This document shows positions 57,334 through 64,000 of a stretch of DNA of 64,000 nucleotides, in pieces; the first letter of the stretch is position 1, and every line of letters begins with the position of its first letter. The translations under genes and the position numbers were made by a program. The stretch comes from Planctomycetota bacterium (GTDB lineage: Bacteria; Planctomycetota; UBA1135; UBA2386), in the NCBI GenBank assembly GCA_965228735.1, contig OZ245838.1, positions 64,001 to 128,000 on the forward strand, in the 5' to 3' direction. Below the pieces are notes generated by a model that did no database searches, was not told the DNA's origin, and was given only the letters and a program-made list of their open reading frames with translations.

Positions 57334-58722
57334 ATGCCTAGGACGGACTCAGCCCGAACGGCAGCGCTGCGCAGTCTGCCGTCGATCGATGCGCTCCTGC
57401 GCGATTCGCGCTTCCAGAACCTGCCGCGCACCGTGCTCACGCGCGAGGCGCGGCGGTGGCTCGACGAGACTCGGAACGCGATCCTCGCCGGCGAACTCGA
57501 CGCCCCTGCCGTCGAGGCGCGCTGTGCGCCCGACGCCGCGGCGCAGGAGCTCGAGCGGCGGTGCGAACGCGCCCAGCGACCGCGTCACCAGCGGGTGATC
57601 AACGCGACGGGCATCGTGCTGCACACCGGCATCGGGCGCGCGGCGCTCGCGCCCCGTGCGATCGAGGCGGTCACGGCGGTTGCCGGCTTCGGCATCGTCG
57701 AGGTCGATCCCGTTTCGGGCGAGCGCGATCAGCGCGAGCTCGGCGTCGCCGCATTGCTCGCCGACGTCCTCGGCGCCGACGGGGGGCTGGTCGTGAACAA
57801 CAACGCCGCGGCGACGACCCTCATGCTCGCCGCGCTGTGCGCTGAACGCGAGGTCGTGGTCTCGCGCGGCGAGCTCGTCGAGATCGGCGGCGGTTTCCGC
57901 GTGCCTGACGTCATGCGGCGCGCGGGCTGTCACATGGTCGAGGTCGGCGCGACCAACAAGACGCACCTGCGCGATTTCGAGCACGCGACGAGCACCGCGA
58001 CCGTCGCGTGGCTCAAGGTCCACCCGAGCAACTTCCGGATCGAAGGGTTCGCGAGCGTGCCGACCGTCGCCGAGCTGCGCGCGGCGCGCGACGAGGCGGG
58101 GCGCGACCTGCTCGTGCTCGACGATCTCGGCTCCGGACTGCTCTGGCAGGAGCCGATCGCCGGGCTCGAGACCGAGCCGCGCGTGCAGGACAGCATGCAG
58201 GGCGGCGCGCACGTGACGTGCTTCTCGGGCGACAAGCTGCTCGGCGGTCCGCAGTGCGGCATCCTCGTCGGCGACAAGGACCTGATCGCGCGTTGCCGGG
58301 CGAACCCGCTGTATCGCGCGATGCGGTGCGACAAGCTCGGGCTCGCGGCCCTCGAGGCGACGCTGCAGATCTACCGTGACGGGGATCCGCTGACGGAGAT
58401 CCCGACGTTGCGCATGCTCGCGGCGCCGCTCGACGAGCTCGACCGCCGCAGCCACGAACTCTGCAATCGCCTCGGCCACGCGGACGCGCGCGTCGTCGAC
58501 AGCCAGTCGTTCGCCGGCGCCGGTGCGAACCCGGCCAAGCCGCTGGCCAGTCGCGCCGTCGCGATCCCGGGCGGCAACGCGCTGACGGACCGGTTGCGCG
58601 CCCTCACGCCGCACGCCGTGTTCGCGCGGATGGCGGACGGTCAGGTCCTGTTCGATGCCAGGACGCTGCTGACCGAGGATCTCGACGCGGTAGCGGCGAC
58701 TGTTCGGGTCGCGCTGTCGTAG
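57334..58722 (+). CDS. selA: L-seryl-tRNA(Sec) selenium transferase
   Basis: VINATGIVLHT, VNNNAAA, SRGELVEIGGGFR, VHPSNF, DLGSG, FSGDKLLGGPQ. Confidence 0.96.
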   Translation: MPRTDSARTAALRSLPSIDALLRDSRFQNLPRTVLTREARRWLDETRNAILAGELDAPAVEARCAPDAAAQELERRCERAQRPRHQRVINATGIVLHTGIGRAALAPRAIEAVTAVAGFGIVEVDPVSGERDQRELGVAALLADVLGADGGLVVNNNAAATTLMLAALCAEREVVVSRGELVEIGGGFRVPDVMRRAGCHMVEVGATNKTHLRDFEHATSTATVAWLKVHPSNFRIEGFASVPTVAELRAARDEAGRDLLVLDDLGSGLLWQEPIAGLETEPRVQDSMQGGAHVTCFSGDKLLGGPQCGILVGDKDLIARCRANPLYRAMRCDKLGLAALEATLQIYRDGDPLTEIPTLRMLAAPLDELDRRSHELCNRLGHADARVVDSQSFAGAGANPAKPLASRAVAIPGGNALTDRLRALTPHAVFARMADGQVLFDARTLLTEDLDAVAATVRVALS

Positions 58723-58737
58723 AACACTCCCACGATC

Positions 58738-59802
58738 ATGAGCGCCGACAGCACCACCCCGAAGTCCGTTCGCCTGACGCAGTACGCCTCCGGCTCCGGT
58801 TGAGCGGCGAAGCTGCCGCCGGGGAGCCTCGGGCAGGTTCTCCACAAACTGGGTCCGATCGAACATCCCGATCTCATGGCCGGCACGGCCGGGTTCGAGG
58901 ATGCGGGGGTGTTCCGTCTCGACGCCGATCGCGCGCTCGTGCAGACCCTCGACTTCTTTCCGCCGATCGTCGACGACCCACGCTGGTTCGGGCGCATCGC
59001 GGCGTGCAACGCGATCTCCGATGTCTACGCGATGGGGGGGCTGCCGCTCACGGCGATGAACATCGTGGGGTGGCCGCGCGAGCTCGACATCGAGTTCCTC
59101 GGTGAGGTGCTCGCGGGCGGCCACGACAAGATCCAGGAAGCCGGCGCCGTGCTCGTCGGTGGGCACTCGGTGGTGGACGCCGAGGTCAAGTATGGCCTGT
59201 CGGTGACCGGGATGGTGCACCCCGAGCGCTTCTGGCAGAACGCCGGGGCGCGGGACGGCGATGCGCTGCTGCTCACCAAGCCGCTCGGCATGGGCCCGAT
59301 CTCGACGGCGATCAAGCGCGACAAGATCGACGCCGCGTTCGCCGAACGCGCGATGATCCAGATGGCGACGCTCAACAAGGCTGCCGTCGAGGCGTTGCGC
59401 GAGTTCGAGGTGCACGCGGCGACGGACGTGACCGGCTTCGGTCTCGTCGGGCACAGTCTGGAGATGGCCGAGGGTGCCGGGCTCGCGCTCGCGTTGCGCG
59501 CCTCGGATCTGCCGATCGCTGAAGGCGCGCTCGACCTCGTCGCGGCGGGGGTGATGTCCGGTGGCTGCACGCGCGGCCAGCAGCACTATGGCGAACGCAT
59601 CGCGATCGCCGCCGGTGTCGACGAGGCGCTGCAGAAGCTCGTCTTCGACGCCGAGACCTCGGGCGGGCTGCTCGTTGCGCTGCCCGAAGCGCAGGCGGAG
59701 CAGGCCGTGCAGCGGCTGCGGGACGTCGGAGCGCCGAGCCACGCGGTGATCGGACTGTTTGGCGGGAAGCCGGCGAGCGGGCCGATGCTGACGCTCGGGT
59801 AG
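58738..59802 (+). CDS. selD: Selenide, water dikinase (selenoprotein; UGA at 58801-58803 = Sec22)
   Basis: RLTQYASGSG-U-AAKL in frame with EDAGV, TLDFFPPIVDD, GGHS, TDVTGFGL. Confidence 0.95.
58813..58836 (+). promoter_or_regulatory. Putative bacterial SECIS hairpin
   Basis: CTGC-CG-CCGGG-GAGC-CTCGG-GCAG stem-loop starting 10 nt after the UGA; apical loop begins with G. Confidence 0.65.
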
Positions 59803-60066
59803 AGCCCCGAGCCGGCGGTCCCGACGACATGTCTTGGGTGAGTCGCCCGATGCAGCGTCCGGGGATTCCGATTTGGCACAACCCCGTTGCCAAGTGAAAC
59901 ATCCGCGTTACGCTTCTGCCACGTGAGGAGTGTCGCCACCACCGGCCTCGTCACATTTGGAGAAAGGGATGCCGCTCGCCACCGGCGCCCGTCGTCCTCT
60001 GCTTCGCCCCAAAGCAGAGATCTCGCCACAACTTGCCTCGTCTGGCTTGCCTCTTCCGGTGTACTG

Positions 60067-61464
60067 ATGTTCCAGGCTCAAAGCGGCCTCCTGCAGCGGG
60101 GTCTGCAGTCCGTCGACTTCGCGCTCGCGGGGGGCGCGGTCCATCTCGGTTCCGTCGTATCCCTGTCGGCGTTCGAGCCCGGGGCCGACGGCATGCCATT
60201 GCTGCTGTTCCAGGCGCTCTTCGCCGGCTGCTTCTGGTTGCTCGGTGCCAGCCTGACCCGGTTCTACACCTCTCGGCGAACCGAGCCATTACGCCGCGAG
60301 ATCAGCCAGGCGATCGGAGTCGCGATGATCGCGATCGCCGGGAGCACGACCCTCGCCGTCGCAGTGGCAGGCCAACTGGCGTTCGATCCGATCGCGGCGT
60401 TCTTCGCGCTTGCGGTGTCGATCATCGGCCTGCGGCTCGTCGTCCGGACCCTGCTCTGGCGACTGCGCGGCGCGGGCTTGAACTACCGCAACATCGTTCT
60501 CGTGGGTCAGGGCCAGACCGGCAACGGTCTCGCGAGTGAGTTCCGCGGCAACGATCGGTTCGGCATCCGCCTCCTCGGTGCGTTTCGGCTCGACGGCGAA
60601 GTGCCGGCGGTCGGGGGCGCGATCGCCGACCTCGGCGCGGTCGACGGGCTCTCCGACTACCTGCTGCGCGAACGCGTCGATTCCGTGATCCTCAGCCCGT
60701 CCATCGATGCGCGCCTGCGCGACATCATCGCGGTGATCGATCGTTGCGATCAGACGGGTGTTCCGTGCACATGCCTGCCGTTCTCCGCGACGCGACACCT
60801 CGTCCCGTCGAGCGCGTGGGTCGGCACGATGCCGGCCTTCTCGTTCCATCCGTGGATCGGGACGCCGCTCAGCGTCGGCATCAAGCGGCTCATGGACGTC
60901 GCGGTCTCGGGCCTGTTGCTGCTCGCGCTGTTGCCGCTGCTGCTCGGGGTCGCGCTTGCGATCCTGGTCGTCGACGGCGGACCGGTTTTCTTCCGGCAGG
61001 TGCGCATCGGCAAGGACGGCCGGCGCTTCCACTGCCTGAAGTTCCGCACGATGCGGCGTGATGCCGAGGCGCTCAAGGCGCGGCTCATGCAGCAGAACGA
61101 GTCGGACGGCCCGACGTTCAAGATGGACCGAGATCCGCGGATCACGTCCATCGGGCGGTTCCTGCGCAAGTACAGCCTCGACGAGCTGCCGCAGCTCATC
61201 AACGTGCTGCGCGGCGACATGAGCCTCGTCGGCCCGCGCCCGCCGATCCCTGAAGAAGTCGCGAAGTACGAGTTCTGGCAGCGGCGCCGGATCTCGGTGC
61301 GGCCGGGGCTCACCTGCTACTGGCAGGTTTTCGGGCGCAACCGCGTGTCGTTCGACGAGTGGATGCAGATGGATCTGACCTACATCGACAACTGGTCGTT
61401 GTGGTTGGACGTCAAGCTCATCGCGAAGACGATCCCGGCGGTCGTGCGCGGCACCGGCGTCTGA
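60067..61464 (+). CDS. Priming polyprenyl-phosphate glycosyltransferase (WcaJ/CpsE family)
   Basis: KRLMD, FFRQVRIG, KFRTM, DPRIT, SLDELPQL.NVLRGDMSLVGPRP; start uncertain. Confidence 0.93.
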   Translation: MFQAQSGLLQRGLQSVDFALAGGAVHLGSVVSLSAFEPGADGMPLLLFQALFAGCFWLLGASLTRFYTSRRTEPLRREISQAIGVAMIAIAGSTTLAVAVAGQLAFDPIAAFFALAVSIIGLRLVVRTLLWRLRGAGLNYRNIVLVGQGQTGNGLASEFRGNDRFGIRLLGAFRLDGEVPAVGGAIADLGAVDGLSDYLLRERVDSVILSPSIDARLRDIIAVIDRCDQTGVPCTCLPFSATRHLVPSSAWVGTMPAFSFHPWIGTPLSVGIKRLMDVAVSGLLLLALLPLLLGVALAILVVDGGPVFFRQVRIGKDGRRFHCLKFRTMRRDAEALKARLMQQNESDGPTFKMDRDPRITSIGRFLRKYSLDELPQLINVLRGDMSLVGPRPPIPEEVAKYEFWQRRRISVRPGLTCYWQVFGRNRVSFDEWMQMDLTYIDNWSLWLDVKLIAKTIPAVVRGTGV

Positions 61465-61533
61465 CGCCGGCACCGCCATCGTCGGGCGCCGATCCGGTCA
61501 AGCGCGGCTGTCACGCTGGCCGGCGCGGGCCAG

Positions 61534-62559
61534 TCAGCGCTTCAGCAGCTGGCGTTGTTCGGCCGTGAGTTCGGGCGCGGTCCGCTGGCCGTGGTCTTTC
61601 AGCGTGACGACGAAGTCGTTCACGATCTTGCCCTTGCGTGGCCGCCGCGGGAGACCGTTGTCGAACTGCATCGGCGCGTCGGGGTCGACCTCCTCTTCGT
61701 CGTCTTCCTCTTCGACCTCGGGGTCGGCTGCCGCGGCACCGCCGACGAACACGGCGACCCCCGCGCCGCCGCCGCCCAGGCGGACGTTCTGATCGATGTA
61801 GGAGCGGCATCGAATCTGCTGCACGAGCGCGGTCGCCGGATCGATCGCGATCGCGATGTCGACCGTGGCCGCCGGCAACGGCGCGGCCGTGCGCTTCGCT
61901 CCCGCTCGGCCGGCACCGCCGGCCGCGATTCGGAACATGTTCACGCCGAAGCCGCTCGTAGCGAGCGATTCCGGCAGGGCACCGGACCAGATCGCTTCCT
62001 TCAGTTGATCTTCGTTGAGCGTCGCGGTCAGGGTCTCGACCGGGCGATCGTCGAGTGAGCCGGTTTCGCGGTGGATCGTCGCGAGATCCCAGCCGGCGAG
62101 CAGGTCGACCAGCAGCTCGATGTCGGGCACGTGCGGGATCGGGTTGCCGTCGGCGAACCGGCCGACGCGCCGTTGCCACGCGAGGTCCGCCGAGCGCACG
62201 ATGGTGCGGCGACCGGCGCGGATGATCTCGTCGCCGTCCTTGCCTGCGATCGCGCACTTGCTCAGGTTAGGGTGCCAAGAGCCCGTGGCCTTGCCGGACT
62301 GGCGCTGGGCGAGCATGCGCTGGAAACCGTCCTTGGGCAACTTGCCGTCGGCTGGGCCCCAGCTCGCTTCGAACGCCGTGTTCGACGTCGCCGCGGTCTG
62401 CTCCAGCGCCTTGCGCAGCCGCGCGCGGCTCTTCGTCAGGCTCTTCGCCTCGTCCTGGACCGCAGCTGCATCCGGCGCGGTGTTGCCCGTCTGGCCGGGT
62501 GCGAGCGGGGAGAGCGACGCCCCGAGCAGGGCGCCGACGACGAACGTCGAGAGTCGCAT
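61534..62559 (-). CDS. Hypothetical secreted protein
   Basis: Signal peptide; possible LolA-like beta fold (weak). Confidence 0.7.
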   Translation of the reverse strand: MRLSTFVVGALLGASLSPLAPGQTGNTAPDAAAVQDEAKSLTKSRARLRKALEQTAATSNTAFEASWGPADGKLPKDGFQRMLAQRQSGKATGSWHPNLSKCAIAGKDGDEIIRAGRRTIVRSADLAWQRRVGRFADGNPIPHVPDIELLVDLLAGWDLATIHRETGSLDDRPVETLTATLNEDQLKEAIWSGALPESLATSGFGVNMFRIAAGGAGRAGAKRTAAPLPAATVDIAIAIDPATALVQQIRCRSYIDQNVRLGGGGAGVAVFVGGAAAADPEVEEEDDEEEVDPDAPMQFDNGLPRRPRKGKIVNDFVVTLKDHGQRTAPELTAEQRQLLKR

Positions 62560-62616
62560 GGTGCTGGGACGGACGATACCCCGCGGAACTTTCGGTTCCG
62601 TGCGTGCGCGCGAGAA

Positions 62617-63072
62617 TCAGCGCGTCTCGGGGTCCGGGCCGGGCGTGTCGCCCGGGCTCGGCGGCGACTCTGGCGGCGGCGCTTCCGGGTCCGATCCATC
62701 CTCACGCCCCTCGCGTTCCCGCCGCAGGTCGGCCATCAGCGAGTTGAGGCGAATCGCCTCGGTGATGCCGGTGTCGAACACGAAGTCGAGGTGCGGGACG
62801 GTGCGCGTGTGCAGCGTTTCGCCCATGGCGCGCTGGCACAGCCCGCGCGCGCGCCGCAAGACGCCGGCCGTCTTCTTCTGCGCCGCCTCGTCGCCGCTGA
62901 GCGACTTGCCGAGCACGGACCAGTAGGCCTTGCAGCGGGTGAACTCCTTGTCGAGCTCGACGCGCGTGATCGTCACCATCCCGAGCCTGGGATCGTTGAT
63001 CTCGCGCATGAGGATCTCGGCGAGGCGTTGTTTGATCTGCTCCTGCAGGCGGGCGATGCGGCGTTCGTTCAT
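62617..63072 (-). CDS. rbfA: Ribosome-binding factor A
   Basis: INDPRLGMVTITRVEL, RTVPHLDFVFD; downstream of infB. Confidence 0.93.
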   Translation of the reverse strand: MNERRIARLQEQIKQRLAEILMREINDPRLGMVTITRVELDKEFTRCKAYWSVLGKSLSGDEAAQKKTAGVLRRARGLCQRAMGETLHTRTVPHLDFVFDTGITEAIRLNSLMADLRREREGREDGSDPEAPPPESPPSPGDTPGPDPETR

Positions 63073-63076
63073 CGGG

Positions 63077-63373
63077 TCACGTCTGGGGCGAGATGATCTC
63101 GAGCTGGTGGTCGGCGAGCGTGCCGTCGCGCCAGTCGTGCAGCTCGTTCAGCAGATGATCCATCGTGCTGTTGAGGTGGGGGATGTCGCTGCCGGCGACG
63201 ACCGCGCCGAGCGTCGCGACCGTGCAGTCGTCGAGGTCTTCGATCTCGGCGATCGACACGTTGAACGAGCGGCGCAGGCGATCGCGCAGCCCTTTGACGA
63301 CAGAGCGCTTGTCCTTGAGGCTCTCGGCATACGGGATCTCGAGCGTGAACTGGAGAATGCCGATGTACAACAT
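63077..63373 (-). CDS. DUF503 (YlxP) family protein
   Basis: SLKDKRSVVK..RLR..FNVSIAE; infB-rbfA context. Confidence 0.92.
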   Translation of the reverse strand: MLYIGILQFTLEIPYAESLKDKRSVVKGLRDRLRRSFNVSIAEIEDLDDCTVATLGAVVAGSDIPHLNSTMDHLLNELHDWRDGTLADHQLEIISPQT

Positions 63374-63437
63374 GCGAGACCTGCCGAAACCTGGTTGGGC
63401 GCGCGGCTGCGGCTAGCCGCGCGGACCCGCGACGCGC

Positions 63438-64000
63438 TCACGCGCCGAGCGTGCGCTTCACGAGGTCGATCTGGACGAACTCGAGGATGTCGCCTTCCTT
63501 GATGTCCTGGTAGCCATCGAGCGTCATACCGCACTCGAGCCCCGCCTTGACCTCGCGGACGTCCTCCTCGATGCGGCGCAGGCTCGCGACCTTGCCGGAC
63601 CAGAGGACTCGGCCATCGCGCGTGAGACGGGTCAACGCGTTGCGGCGCGCGAAGCCGTCCGTGACGCGGCAGCCGGCGATGACGCCGAACTTGCTCGACT
63701 TGAACGTCGCCTTGACCTCGGCGTGGCCGATGACCGACTGGACCTCTTCGGGCGCGAGCATCCCTTCCATCGCGTCCCGCACCTCGTCGATGAGGCGGTA
63801 GATGACGTCGTAGTAGCGGATGTCGATCCCGGCCCGGTCGGCCATGACGCGCGCCTTGGTGTCCGCGACCGTGTTGAAGCCGATGATCACGGCCTCGGAC
63901 GCTTCGGCCAGCGTGACGTCGGTTTCGTTGATGCCGCCGAGTCCCGAGTGCACGAGGTTGACGCGCACCTCGTCGGTCTGCAGGTCCTCGAGCGACTTGC
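63438..64000 (-). CDS. infB: Translation initiation factor IF-2, C-terminal part (runs off window)
   Basis: GGINETDVTLA, IIGFN, YDVIY, IAGC.V, EVKAGLECG. Confidence 0.96.
   Translation of the reverse strand, partial: KSLEDLQTDEVRVNLVHSGLGGINETDVTLAEASEAVIIGFNTVADTKARVMADRAGIDIRYYDVIYRLIDEVRDAMEGMLAPEEVQSVIGHAEVKATFKSSKFGVIAGCRVTDGFARRNALTRLTRDGRVLWSGKVASLRRIEEDVREVKAGLECGMTLDGYQDIKEGDILEFVQIDLVKRTLGA

Noticed and set aside
58801..58803. selD pseudogene
   Set aside because: The TGA sits exactly at the catalytic Cys/Sec position, is followed by a hairpin and lies next to selA.

Overview
GC-rich bacterial chromosome segment, probably Planctomycetota (inferred from an ECF-sigma/Ser-Thr kinase pair, a DUF1080 + PVC-type heme c protein and FG-GAP/propeller secreted proteins). 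Most of it is housekeeping or accessory host genes: gltX, pip, fumC, a CbpA-like J protein, ABC-F, hisS, polA, recJ, selA, selD, a priming glycosyltransferase, rbfA and the 3' end of infB. The standout is a ~7.5 kb element (7007-14569) integrated in tRNA-Ala(GGC) and bounded by an exact 47-bp direct repeat. It is one co-oriented gene string: tyrosine integrase (split by an in-frame TAG), excisionase/AlpA-like HTH, DnaB-N/AAA_25 helicase with an iteron-like origin in its 3' end, several small ORFs, a scaffold-like ORF, a terminase-small-subunit-like ORF, an ATPase-less and apparently catalytically degenerate terminase-large-subunit nuclease domain, and an ABA-sandwich-like ORF. I see no capsid, portal, tail, primase or repressor, so it looks like a minimal phage satellite that may hijack or jam helper-phage packaging. 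Also seen: a Sec-containing SelD (UGA codon 22 plus SECIS-like hairpin), a family of REP-like intergenic palindromes, many apparently leaderless genes, and a C-terminal domain shared by three unrelated exported-type proteins. Family assignments come from motif recognition by eye; no database searches were run.
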